Shown one piece after another: positions 9,139-18,435 of a DNA stretch of 64,000 nucleotides. The translations under genes and the position numbers were made by a program. Every line of letters starts with the position of its first letter. The stretch's first letter is position 1. Source of the stretch: Cyclobacteriaceae bacterium (GTDB taxonomy: Bacteria; Bacteroidota; Bacteroidia; Cytophagales; Cyclobacteriaceae); assembly GCA_026989505.1 (NCBI GenBank), contig JALSJF010000128.1:2437-66436 (forward strand), given 5' to 3'. The notes beneath the pieces are model-generated. The model was not told the origin of the DNA and made no database searches. It was given only the letters and a program-made list of their open reading frames with translations.

Positions 9139-12093
9139 GCCACTGCCACGGTTCATTTGCAGCATGTCGTAATAACTTTCCAGGGCATCGCCAAATTGCT
9201 GGGCCAGTTCAAGCTCCCCGTAGCGGGCCATGGTTTGCGCCAGCCCGCGGAGGATGGCCAGGTTGGCTTCAAGCTGGTAACTGATATTATTGCCGGCTTT
9301 GATATAATACCCTACTTTTTCATCGGCCCGCTGGCCCAGTAGCTTCGCTATTTCAATTGCCTTTTCTTTTTCGCCCAACATGAGCAAATACTCTACGGTG
9401 GAGGCGGTGGTATAATCATAGGGCACCGATGTGTCGGGCATTAACGCCAGGTTTTTCAGGGCTACTTCCCGTGCCTTTTCATTCTTGTTTTCGTTGATCA
9501 GGGCAGCCGTAAGGGTGTTAAAGCTGGCCCGCATGTTCAATACAAATTTGCGGTAATCTTCATTATAGTAAACCTTGGGGTTATCCAACTCCCGGTAATA
9601 GAAATTATGCATCAGGTTATCATACATAATATCCGTGTTTACCATGTCAACATCCTTCATGCCATTGGTCATCGGCAGTAACCTGAAGGCGTTACCCTCT
9701 TGTACCAGGTAGTCATCCAGGTCGAGGCCGATCCCCATGCGCGAAGTATTGTTGAAATAAATGGGCCGCTCCCAGTTGTTGGTGGCAATCAGGTCGAGGG
9801 CGGCCAGGTCCTTCTTCTCCAGGTAGTTTTTCTTCATTTTCCACTGCATACGTGTTACCAGCAGGTTTTGCATGTTCTCGGGGATGATGCCTAAGCTAAG
9901 CACTTTGGCCGTATCCACATCTAAGTACATTTGCTTGCTGGGCACAATATGGCTGGCCCCGGCCTTGGTCTCATAGCGCAACTGGGGGATATTGTCTTTC
10001 AGCAGGCGCAGGTATTGTTTTAGGTTTATGGCCCCCGAAATACCACTGTTCGGGTCGTACAGCAGGAAGTCATTAAGGCCACCCTGGCGGTATTCTTCCA
10101 CCGGCAGGGAGAACGGGAAAGGGGCCGATTCATAGGCCGGCCGGGTCATCTGCTGGATGTACCAGTCGGTGTTGAAGTAACTGAGTACCACTACCCTGAC
10201 ATCGGTGCGGAAGCCTTCTACCTCCTGCACATACCATAGCGGGAAAGTATCGTTATCGCCACCGGTGAACAAAATAGCGTTGGGGGCGCAGGAGGCCAAA
10301 AAGTTTTTGGCCGAATCTACCGAGAAAAACCGGTCGGAGCGGTCATGGTCATCCCAGTTCTGGCTGGCCATAACCAGGGGGGCAGAAAGTGACAGCACAA
10401 CGGCTATACCCCCGGCCATCACCGGTTTCATATACCTCGACAGCAGGGTGATAATCCCCAACACGCCAAAGCCGGCAAAAATGGCAAAAGCATAATACGA
10501 GCCCACATAAATATAGTCCCGCTCACGTGGCTCGGTAGGGGGCGAATTAAGGTAGAGGATCAGCGCCAGGCCGGTAAGGAAGAACAGGGCCAGGATGATG
10601 AAGAACTGTTTCGGGTTCCTGTAATAGCTGAAAACCATGCCGATGATGCCCAGCAACAGGGGCAGCATAAAATAATTATTGCGGCCGCGGTTGCTGGCTA
10701 CACTTGCCGGTACATCGGCAAAGGCATCTAATGGCCCCAGCCAGGAAGCGTTTTGAATATCGCTCTCGCGACCGGAGAAGTTCCACATAAAATAGCGCCA
10801 GTACATATGCCCCATTTGCTGCTTGAACATGTACACGATATTATCTGCAAAGTTGGGTTTTTCGCCTGGTTTTAACCCCATGATCTCCCGGTACTTGGCG
10901 GCATGGGTTGCAGACCACATCCGGGGCAGGATGGTCATTTGTTTGGGATCGTACTTGTTTTCAAGCTTATAATCGGCAATCACATAGCTGTCTTTGCCTT
11001 TTACATAAACCGGCTCACCCCGTTGCTGGTCAATGATTTCGGCTGTAAAATACTGGCCGTAAAGCAAGGGCCGGCTGCCGTATTGCTCGCGTAAAAGATA
11101 GGAAACCACACTCATCACATCTTCGGGGTTGTTTTCGTCAATGGGCGGGTCATAGGCCGAGCGGATGACCACCAGGGTGTAGGATGAATAGCCGATTAAG
11201 ATAAAGGCCAGGGAAAGCAGGGCCGTGTTAAGCAAAACGTTGGCCTTTTGTTGTGAATAATAGATGCCATAGACAAGCCCGCCTACCAACAGCAACACCA
11301 GAAAAATAATGGCGGAACCGAAAGGTAACCCCAGGGCGTTAACAAAAAATATCTCCATCTTGCCCGCCAGGGAAGGCAGGCCGGGAATAATGCCATTGTT
11401 AATTATAATGATGATCAGGCCGCTGATGCCCAGGGTGCCGATAATGCCCCGCGAAGTAACCTGCGGATATTTTTTAAAGTAATAAATCAGGCCCAGTACC
11501 GGAATGGCTACCAGGTTGAGCAGGTGTACCCCGATAGACAGACCGAAGACATAGGCAATCAGGATCAACCAGCGGTTGGCGCGGCTTTCATCCTCAATTA
11601 ACTCCCACTTAAGCATGGCCCACACTACAAAAGCCGTGAGGAACGATGACATGGCATACACTTCCGCTTCCACAGCCGAAAACCAAAAAGTGTCGGAAAA
11701 GGTATATATAAGGGCGCCAATCAGACCGGCCCCTAACACTGCCACCCTCTGGGCCGTTGGCATATCCTCTTTTACGTTCAATAATTTTCGGGCAAACAGG
11801 GTGATGGTCCAGAACATAAATAAAATGGTGAAGGCGCTGGCAACCACACTTACCATGTTAATCCAATAAGCCACCTGATATACATCGCCCAGACTGAGGA
11901 AAGAGGCCATCCTGCCCAGCAAAAGAAAGAAAGGGGCCCCGGGCGGGTGCGGTACCATAAGTTTATACGATACGGCAATAAACTCACCCACATCCCAGAA
12001 ACTGGCCGTGTCTTCCACGGTAATGGCATAGGTAATCAAGGCAATTAAAAAAACAAGCCAGCCGGTTATATTATTGAGTTTCCTGAAATTCAT
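9127..12093 (-). CDS. DUF2723 / GT117-like polytopic membrane protein (putative glycosyltransferase) with C-terminal TPR-like region
   Basis: The 988-aa ORF has many predicted TM segments in the N-terminal two thirds. Its N-terminus (...WDVGEFIAVSYKLMVPHPPGAPFF...) is typical of the DUF2723 family. Confidence 0.75.
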   Translation of the reverse strand: MNFRKLNNITGWLVFLIALITYAITVEDTASFWDVGEFIAVSYKLMVPHPPGAPFFLLLGRMASFLSLGDVYQVAYWINMVSVVASAFTILFMFWTITLFARKLLNVKEDMPTAQRVAVLGAGLIGALIYTFSDTFWFSAVEAEVYAMSSFLTAFVVWAMLKWELIEDESRANRWLILIAYVFGLSIGVHLLNLVAIPVLGLIYYFKKYPQVTSRGIIGTLGISGLIIIIINNGIIPGLPSLAGKMEIFFVNALGLPFGSAIIFLVLLLVGGLVYGIYYSQQKANVLLNTALLSLAFILIGYSSYTLVVIRSAYDPPIDENNPEDVMSVVSYLLREQYGSRPLLYGQYFTAEIIDQQRGEPVYVKGKDSYVIADYKLENKYDPKQMTILPRMWSATHAAKYREIMGLKPGEKPNFADNIVYMFKQQMGHMYWRYFMWNFSGRESDIQNASWLGPLDAFADVPASVASNRGRNNYFMLPLLLGIIGMVFSYYRNPKQFFIILALFFLTGLALILYLNSPPTEPRERDYIYVGSYYAFAIFAGFGVLGIITLLSRYMKPVMAGGIAVVLSLSAPLVMASQNWDDHDRSDRFFSVDSAKNFLASCAPNAILFTGGDNDTFPLWYVQEVEGFRTDVRVVVLSYFNTDWYIQQMTRPAYESAPFPFSLPVEEYRQGGLNDFLLYDPNSGISGAINLKQYLRLLKDNIPQLRYETKAGASHIVPSKQMYLDVDTAKVLSLGIIPENMQNLLVTRMQWKMKKNYLEKKDLAALDLIATNNWERPIYFNNTSRMGIGLDLDDYLVQEGNAFRLLPMTNGMKDVDMVNTDIMYDNLMHNFYYRELDNPKVYYNEDYRKFVLNMRASFNTLTAALINENKNEKAREVALKNLALMPDTSVPYDYTTASTVEYLLMLGEKEKAIEIAKLLGQRADEKVGYYIKAGNNISYQLEANLAILRGLAQTMARYGELELAQQFGDALESYYDMLQMNRGSGLTR

Positions 12094-12186
12094 AGTATTA
12101 CTTCATATGCGTTGGCGAAATTAGCAAAATATGGCTGATTAATAAGTATTGTACAGGCTATTTCACAAAGATTAACCACAAAATCA

Positions 12187-12831
12187 TTATTTATAAACTT
12201 GCGTATAATAAAACAACCAAAACAAAAATCCGGGCACATAGGTGGTGCAAACGATGGCCAGGGCAACAGGCCACTTTTTGTTGGCAGTAAGGTGTACGGC
12301 TTCTACCAACACCAGCCAGTAGAGTGCCTCAAAAAGGTTGAGGGCTTTCAGCGGGTACTGAAACCTGGCCGCCAGGGTTTCGGGGTCTGCCAGGTTCATC
12401 AGCGAGAGGGGGTAAAAGGAGGTGATCTCAATAATGTCGGGCTCGTGGTCAATCAGGATAAACCACATGATTTTAACAAACTCGGGCAGCAGAAAAACCG
12501 TTTCAGCCACCAGGGCAATATGCCACATTTGCTTGTAGGTGATGCGGTAGCCGAACATAAAGGCGCCCACCCACAGCACAAAAGCAATTACCGTTACCTT
12601 AAAAGCGTAAATAACCGGGATGGCCAGGAACTGCAGTGTATTGAGTACCCGAAAAATGCCAAAACGCCCCTCTTCCTGCAAAATCTGGAAAGCTACCGTT
12701 TCATTTTCTACCAGGCCTTTTTTGGCGAATAATACCAGAAAAGTAATAATGCAGAGCGCCAGAAAATAGGCCATGGTATCGGTATCGAGGGCGTAGGCAA
12801 GTGGTTTTCTCCAGGGCTTGAGCATAGGCAT
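12187..12831 (-). CDS. Hypothetical polytopic membrane protein
   Basis: The 214-aa ORF has about 5 hydrophobic segments. I do not recognise a family with confidence. Confidence 0.6.
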   Translation of the reverse strand: MPMLKPWRKPLAYALDTDTMAYFLALCIITFLVLFAKKGLVENETVAFQILQEEGRFGIFRVLNTLQFLAIPVIYAFKVTVIAFVLWVGAFMFGYRITYKQMWHIALVAETVFLLPEFVKIMWFILIDHEPDIIEITSFYPLSLMNLADPETLAARFQYPLKALNLFEALYWLVLVEAVHLTANKKWPVALAIVCTTYVPGFLFWLFYYTQVYK

Positions 12832-12888
12832 AAAAATAGGTAAACTTTAATTCAACTGTTTTACGTTATATATACACAATAGATTCGA

Positions 12889-12896
12889 TATTTTTG
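12889..12896 (+). promoter_or_regulatory. Candidate -7 box (TATTTTTG) abutting the start codon of the TPR gene
   Basis: It matches TAnnTTTG exactly and lies 7 nt upstream of the ATG at 12903. Confidence 0.25.
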
Positions 12897-12902
12897 ACAA
12901 AC

Positions 12903-14054
12903 ATGCGCTGGCTGATATTATTTTTCCTGTTTACTGCGGCTACAAGTGCTGCTCAAACCGATAGTACCGAATTGCTGATTGCCGATATGACGGTGCAGAT
13001 AGAGGCTACCGAGGCTATGAATGCCATGTATAATTTCGATTTCAGGGAGGCCAGTAAGCAATATCACTGGCTGATGCAGAAACACCCGGAGAGCCCGCTG
13101 GCTTATTTCCTGCTGGGCCTGAACGAATGGTGGAAGATGATGCCGGATACGGAGGTGAAGGATTTTGACGAACGCTTTCACTATTATATGGATACCACTA
13201 TTATGATAGCCGGGCGGATGCTTGACGATCCTAAGAAGCGGGTAGAAGGGGCCTTTTTCCTGGCCGCTACCTATGGGTTTAAAGGCCGTTTGTATTCGGA
13301 CCGCGGCCAGTGGGGCCGGGCGGCCGCGGCCGGGCGCAGTGCGCTGAAGTACCTCGAAATCAGCCGGGCGGTGAGCTACCTGAGCCCCGAACTGCTGTTT
13401 GGCGATGCCCTGTACAACTATTTTTCGGTGTGGATTCCCGAAAACTATCCTATCCTCAAACCGATCCTGGCTTTTTTTCCTGACGGGGACAAAGAATTAG
13501 GGCTGCAACAACTGCGGGAGGTGTCATTAAATGCTTTTTATACCCGGATTGAGGCGCAAATCTTTTTGATGCAAATCCTTGCCAACGAGAAGCACGACTA
13601 CACCGGAGCGCTGGTCATCGCCAAGTACCTGCATGAGCACTACCCCAATAACCCGTATTTCCATCGGTATTATGCCCGCTACCTGTATTCTGCCCACCTG
13701 TACCGCCAGATGGAGCCGGTGGCCAAACAAATACTGGCGCGGGTAGATTCGGCTATGTTTGGCTATGAGGGCACGGCCGGGCGCTATGCCGCCTTTTTCC
13801 TCGGGCAGGCTTACCATGCCCGCGGCAAAAGCCGGGAAGCCGAAAAATATTACCTGCAGGCCGTAGCGTTTGCCCGCCAGAAAGAGGCCATGGAAACCGG
13901 CTATTGTTTGTATTCGTTGCTCAACCTGGGGCGCATTGCCCGTGACGATGACCGGAAGGCCGAGGCCAAAGCTTACTTTAAGCAGGTTAAGAAAATTGCC
14001 GGCCGCAAGCAGGGCGTATATAAGGAAGCCAAACGGCTGCTGAAAGAATTATAG
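12903..14054 (+). CDS. Secreted TPR-like repeat protein
   Basis: A signal peptide (MRWLILFFLFTAATSAAQ) is followed by helical-repeat sequence (...AEKYYLQAVAFARQ...AEAKAYFKQV...). Confidence 0.7.
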   Translation: MRWLILFFLFTAATSAAQTDSTELLIADMTVQIEATEAMNAMYNFDFREASKQYHWLMQKHPESPLAYFLLGLNEWWKMMPDTEVKDFDERFHYYMDTTIMIAGRMLDDPKKRVEGAFFLAATYGFKGRLYSDRGQWGRAAAAGRSALKYLEISRAVSYLSPELLFGDALYNYFSVWIPENYPILKPILAFFPDGDKELGLQQLREVSLNAFYTRIEAQIFLMQILANEKHDYTGALVIAKYLHEHYPNNPYFHRYYARYLYSAHLYRQMEPVAKQILARVDSAMFGYEGTAGRYAAFFLGQAYHARGKSREAEKYYLQAVAFARQKEAMETGYCLYSLLNLGRIARDDDRKAEAKAYFKQVKKIAGRKQGVYKEAKRLLKEL

Positions 14055-14102
14055 TTACCCCGGGGAAATTGATGTTTAACCATTATAATTTACCTTTGGG
14101 CT

Positions 14103-14861
14103 ATGGCACTAACAATTTATACACGGCAGGAACAGGCCTTCGGGCAATTTAATCAGGGTGCTATCCTGGAGAACAAACCCATTGGTTTCCCGCAAGATGG
14201 CGGGCCGTTAAAACCTTATGCCAATATCCTGTATTGGGCCCACGCCTGGACACCCGGGGAGGAAAGCCTGATTGGCGAACATCCGCACCAGGGCTTTGAA
14301 ATTCTCTCGTTTGTCATCAGCGGCTCTTTGCAGCATTACGATTCGAAACTGCAGGAGTGGCAAGACCTTAACGCAGGCGATGTGCAGATTATCCGGGCTG
14401 GCAGCGGCATTACCCATGCCGAGCGGGTACGGGCCAACAGTTCGTTTTTTCAACTATGGTTTGACCCCGACCTGCGTGTGAGCATGCAGGAGCCGGCCTC
14501 CTACGATAATTACCCGGCCGGAGTGTTTAAAACGGAGAGGTTTGCCGGGGCAGCGGTGAAAAAATATACCGGGCCGGCATCGCCTTTAAAAATGTCTTCC
14601 AGGGGGGTAGAGATTTATGAAATTGTGGTTGAAAATAGTAGTTATTCACTAACTTTGGAGAGGGACAAAACGAGGTCCTTTTATGTGCTGGAGGGTAATG
14701 TGCTGGCAAACAATCAGCCCCTGAAACCACACGATTTTGTTCGTTTTGAGGATGAGAGGGAACTCAGCTTGGCAGCTACAGGAAAGGCAAGGGTTTTTGT
14801 CATTGACCTCTTGTTGGACCCGGGGTACGTTACCTATGCCCGACAGCACGGATTGAGTTAA
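14103..14861 (+). CDS. Pirin family protein (cupin)
   Basis: The cupin metal motif EHPHQGFEILSFVISGSLQHYD is present, with ...ITHAE... Confidence 0.8.
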   Translation: MALTIYTRQEQAFGQFNQGAILENKPIGFPQDGGPLKPYANILYWAHAWTPGEESLIGEHPHQGFEILSFVISGSLQHYDSKLQEWQDLNAGDVQIIRAGSGITHAERVRANSSFFQLWFDPDLRVSMQEPASYDNYPAGVFKTERFAGAAVKKYTGPASPLKMSSRGVEIYEIVVENSSYSLTLERDKTRSFYVLEGNVLANNQPLKPHDFVRFEDERELSLAATGKARVFVIDLLLDPGYVTYARQHGLS

Positions 14862-14886
14862 TTTTTAAGCTTAACCTATATTGTTT

Positions 14887-15342
14887 ATGAAGCTCGAGCA
14901 AGCCATTCAGCAGTCGGCATTTGTTAGTGACGACCAGAAATTATCATTAAACTTTATCTACACCTACAATTGCTTTAAAGAAACGCAAAAGGTTTTTTTT
15001 AAGCAATACGGCATTACCTCCCAGCAGTTTAACGTGCTGCGTATTTTGCGGGGTAACTACCCGAAGCCTTATACCACGTCACAAATCCGCGACCGCATGC
15101 TGGATAAGATGTCGGATGCTTCCCGCATCGTTGACCGGCTGGTAAAAAAAGGGCTGGTTAAGCGGACTACCACCAAAACCGATAAACGGCTGGTAGATAT
15201 CTTAATTTCCGATAAAGGTTTGGCGCTGTTAAACAGCATTGATAAGCCCCTTAACCAGCACATGGCTAAAACCTTTGGCAAGTTCAACCAAAAGGACAAA
15301 GAAACCCTGAATAAGCTATTGGATAGAATGCGTGACGGTTAA
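14887..15342 (+). CDS. MarR family transcriptional regulator
   Basis: The winged-HTH region is ...ITSQQFNVLRILRG...TTSQIRDRMLDKMSDASRIVDRLVKKGLVKR...DKRLVDILISDKG. Confidence 0.85.
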   Translation: MKLEQAIQQSAFVSDDQKLSLNFIYTYNCFKETQKVFFKQYGITSQQFNVLRILRGNYPKPYTTSQIRDRMLDKMSDASRIVDRLVKKGLVKRTTTKTDKRLVDILISDKGLALLNSIDKPLNQHMAKTFGKFNQKDKETLNKLLDRMRDG

Positions 15343-15352
15343 GTCGAAGAAG

Positions 15353-16072
15353 CTACTTTTTTGCTTTCTTCTTTTTGCTTCCTTTAAGCTTATTGTAAAT
15401 GTCGATTTCTTTCATCGCCTCCTTGGCCTTGCGCATCCTGATTTTTTTACCCTCCCACACAAAACCGGCATCATTCAGGGCCTTCACATAATGAGGCTTG
15501 GTGAGGCCACGGCACCTGATCTGGGCCACCCACTCGCCTAACTTCTTGTTACGGCCGGCCTGGGGTACATCCCAATGCCCGTGATGCTTATAAAATCGCT
15601 TTAATTTGGCCAGATTGCGCGAAAACCGCTCATCTTCCATATTCCAGATAAACCCGATTTTATTCAAGGTGTTTATCCGGTCGATGGACAGCCGGTTTTC
15701 GTTATACAGCCTGCGCATCTCATTTACCCAACGCGAGAGCTTGTGATTGGCCGAATCTTTAGGATAGGCAACCTGGCTTACGTGTAACGAACCATGTTCC
15801 TTCGCATACTCAAGTAACTGCTTCACCCTTTGATCAAAGGTGGAGTTCCTGTTTACCCACTTAAAGCCAATGTCTTCCAACAATTTGGCCCGGTGCTCGG
15901 CAAGCTTGCCGATTTTGTAAAACCTGCGTTGGTTTTTACACCAGTGGTACAATTTTACTTCCGGATCTCTAGGCCCCGGATGTGGTTGGCCTGTTCGCTT
16001 CTGGAAATCGCGGAGCTCATTATAGTGCCCCATCCAAATTTCCTCCTGGAATTTTCTTTTTTTTGCCGCCAT
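15353..16072 (-). CDS. Standalone helicase-associated (HA) domain repeat protein with Lys-rich tail
   Basis: Three tandem HA-like repeats follow the pattern W/F..L..F....G...VP....LG.W....R.....L......L...GF.W. The repeats are WMGHYNELRDFQKRTGQPHP...LYHWCKNQRRFY...LEDIGFKW; FDQRVKQLLEYAKEHGSLHVSQ...LSRWVNEMRRLY...LNKIGFIWN; and FSRNLAKLKRFYKHHGHWDVPQ...LGEWVAQIRCRG...LNDAGFVWEG. The protein ends ...GSKKKKAKK. No helicase motifs are present. Confidence 0.7.
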   Translation of the reverse strand: MAAKKRKFQEEIWMGHYNELRDFQKRTGQPHPGPRDPEVKLYHWCKNQRRFYKIGKLAEHRAKLLEDIGFKWVNRNSTFDQRVKQLLEYAKEHGSLHVSQVAYPKDSANHKLSRWVNEMRRLYNENRLSIDRINTLNKIGFIWNMEDERFSRNLAKLKRFYKHHGHWDVPQAGRNKKLGEWVAQIRCRGLTKPHYVKALNDAGFVWEGKKIRMRKAKEAMKEIDIYNKLKGSKKKKAKK

Positions 16073-16298
16073 AAAGAGTGTTCTCTAGTTTTTTTTGAGT
16101 CACTACTAACTAATAGAATGTTGTAAATATAGTACAATTTTGAATTAATGCAAATCTATTGGGTCTAAGTGGAAAAAATGTTAATAATAAACCAATAAAG
16201 ATTTTATTTCTGTATAAATAATTATAAACATCCAGTTTTAAATTAGAAAAATACAATATCTATACCCCGTCTTTCAGACGGTAAGGGAGGACCAACAA

Positions 16299-16934
16299 TT
16301 GTTTTGCCCTTATTCAACCTGCTCTCCCTTAATTTTTGATATTTTTGGGCTCGTGGAGGAAGAACAATCAACCAAACCCGACCGTCAGAAAACGGAGTTA
16401 TTTGAACGTGAGTTTATGCCTCATCTCGAGGCATTATATAATTTTGCTTTCAAGCTGACTTTTAATGAAGACGATGCCAAAGACCTGTTGCAGGATACCA
16501 GCATGAAGGCCTACCGGTTTATCCACTCATTTGCCCAAGGAACTAATGCCAAAGCGTGGTTGTTCAGGATTATGAAGAACAGCTTTATCAACGACTACCG
16601 CAAAAAAAGCAAGGCCCCGGGCATGGTAGATTATCAAGAGGTTGAAGCGTACTATGATTCGGGCAAGGGTACCAGCCCCCGCGATATTACGGTTGATTTA
16701 CGGGCCGAAACCGTGCGCGATAAACTGGGCGATGAAGTTACCCTGGCACTTAATTCACTCACTGTGGATTTTAGGACAGTAATTATATTATGTGACCTGG
16801 AAGGGTTTAAATACGATGAGATGGCCAAAATACTGGATATCCCTATAGGCACTGTACGCTCACGGTTGCACCGGGCCAGGAATATGTTAAAAGCAAAACT
16901 GGCGGCTTATGCTGCGCAAATGGGGTATAAATAA
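16299..16934 (+). CDS. ECF-type RNA polymerase sigma-70 family factor
   Basis: Region 2 is ...LEALYNFAFKLTFNEDDAKDLLQDTSMKAY...WLFRIMKNSFINDYRK. Region 4 is ...VIILCDLEGFKYDEMAKILDIPIGTVRSRLHRAR. The start is uncertain: the ORF-track start is a TTG at 16299, and the in-frame GTG at 16353 is a plausible alternative. Confidence 0.85.
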   Translation: MFCPYSTCSPLIFDIFGLVEEEQSTKPDRQKTELFEREFMPHLEALYNFAFKLTFNEDDAKDLLQDTSMKAYRFIHSFAQGTNAKAWLFRIMKNSFINDYRKKSKAPGMVDYQEVEAYYDSGKGTSPRDITVDLRAETVRDKLGDEVTLALNSLTVDFRTVIILCDLEGFKYDEMAKILDIPIGTVRSRLHRARNMLKAKLAAYAAQMGYK

Positions 16935-16940
16935 AGTGAT

Positions 16941-17225
16941 ATGGGAAAGTTAATGCGATGGTTAGGCCGCACCTTTGGTGATAAAACCAAACGATGCCCC
17001 GAAGAAGAGCATTGCCTGGAGTTGGTCAGGCTGATGCTGGATGATGAATCAACCCAGGAAGACAATGACTATGTGCTAAAACATATCGATGGCTGTTATC
17101 AATGTTATGATAACTATGATGTGGAAAGGGCCATCCGCGAAGTAGTGCAGAAAAAAGGCAAAAATGTTAAACTGCCGGTAGAAGTGGTTACCGAAATCCG
17201 GCAAAAGATAGAGGTTGCAAAATGA
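16941..17225 (+). CDS. Small soluble zinc-finger (ZAS, HxxxCxxC) anti-sigma factor
   Basis: The 94-aa ORF lies directly after the ECF sigma gene. It carries the motif HIDGCYQC (H48-x3-C52-x2-C55) plus upstream C19/H24/C25. There is no hydrophobic TM segment. Its stop overlaps the gmk start (ATGA). Confidence 0.7.
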   Translation: MGKLMRWLGRTFGDKTKRCPEEEHCLELVRLMLDDESTQEDNDYVLKHIDGCYQCYDNYDVERAIREVVQKKGKNVKLPVEVVTEIRQKIEVAK

Positions 17226-17794
17226 CTACCGGCAAGGCAATTATCTTTTCAGCCCCGTCAGGGTCGGGCAAAACTACCCTTGTCAGGCACTTATTAAAGC
17301 ATAATCCCAGGCTGGCTTTCTCCATATCCGCCTGCACCCGCGATAAACGGGGCCGCAAAGAGGAAGACGGCAAAGACTATTACTTTCTTACCCCGGAAGA
17401 ATTTAAGCAAAAGATAGACAATGACGAATTTGTGGAGTGGGAAGAAGTTTACCCCGGCAATTTTTACGGCACCCTGAAAGCCGAGGTCGAGCGCATCTGG
17501 CAGCAGGGGAAAGCCGTGGTTTTTGATGTGGACGTGAAAGGCGGGGTGAACCTGAAAAAATATTTTCGCGACCAGGCGCTGGCCGTGTTTGTCAGGGTGC
17601 CCTCTTTTGAAGTACTGCAGGAACGCCTGCGCCACCGGGGGTCCGAAACAGAGGAGAGCCTGTCGCAACGGTTGTATAAAGCCCGGTTTGAGCTGGGGTT
17701 TGAAGATCAATTTGACGTAACTATTGTCAACGATGACCTGGCTACTTCGTTAACACAAGCAGAAACCTTAGTTGATAACTTCCTAAACAGTTAG
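17222..17794 (+). CDS. gmk: Guanylate kinase
   Basis: The P-loop [11 protein letters not shown] is present, with ...[17 protein letters not shown]...[13 protein letters not shown]. Confidence 0.95.
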   Translation: MTTGKAIIFSAPSGSGKTTLVRHLLKHNPRLAFSISACTRDKRGRKEEDGKDYYFLTPEEFKQKIDNDEFVEWEEVYPGNFYGTLKAEVERIWQQGKAVVFDVDVKGGVNLKKYFRDQALAVFVRVPSFEVLQERLRHRGSETEESLSQRLYKARFELGFEDQFDVTIVNDDLATSLTQAETLVDNFLNS

Positions 17795-17798
17795 CATA

Positions 17799-18377
17799 GT
17801 GAAAATAGGGCTGTTCTTCGGTTCGTTCAACCCGGTGCATATCGGCCATTTAATCATTGCCAATGTTATGGTAGAAACCTCCGACCTGCAGCAGGTATGG
17901 TTTGTGGTTTCCCCGCAAAACCCACATAAATCATCTAAATCCCTGCTTCATGAATTCGACCGCTACGATATGGTGCAGGCGGCTATTGCGGGCAGCTACC
18001 ATTTGCGGGTGTCCGACATAGAATTTAATATGCCCCGGCCCAGCTATACGGTAGATACCCTGGCTTACCTTGCCGACAAGTACCCTGATCATGACTTTTC
18101 CCTGATCATCGGGGAAGATAACCTGCACAGCTTCCCCCGTTGGAAGAACCATGAGGTGATTTTAACGAACTACGGACTCTACGTGTACCCCAGGCCTTCT
18201 TCAACCAAACAAAAACCTGATTTGGCCACCCACGAAAATGTACACTATATTGAAGCCCCCATCCTGGATATTTCGGCAACCTATATACGTAAGTTGGTAA
18301 AACAGGAGAAATCAATAAAATACTTGGTACCCGATGCCGTCAGGGAAATAATCAGGGCCAGAAAGCTGTACCGCTAA
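17799..18377 (+). CDS. nadD: Nicotinate-nucleotide adenylyltransferase
   Basis: Motifs GLFFGSFNPVHIGHL and ...ISATYIRK... are present. The start codon is GTG. Confidence 0.9.
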   Translation: MKIGLFFGSFNPVHIGHLIIANVMVETSDLQQVWFVVSPQNPHKSSKSLLHEFDRYDMVQAAIAGSYHLRVSDIEFNMPRPSYTVDTLAYLADKYPDHDFSLIIGEDNLHSFPRWKNHEVILTNYGLYVYPRPSSTKQKPDLATHENVHYIEAPILDISATYIRKLVKQEKSIKYLVPDAVREIIRARKLYR

Positions 18378-18435
18378 GGGTGGGGACAAAAAAAGCGTAT
18401 GGGTAACTATTTTAACCTGTTTTCGTCTTTATAGC

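Noticed and set aside
16073-16298. The AT-rich spacer, considered as a possible small RNA or tRNA locus or an integration scar
   Set aside because: No cloverleaf, direct repeats or att-like duplications are visible. Only a 5-bp hairpin (CCGTC-TTTCA-GACGG) is present. It is best explained as a divergent promoter region, although its composition is noted in the findings.
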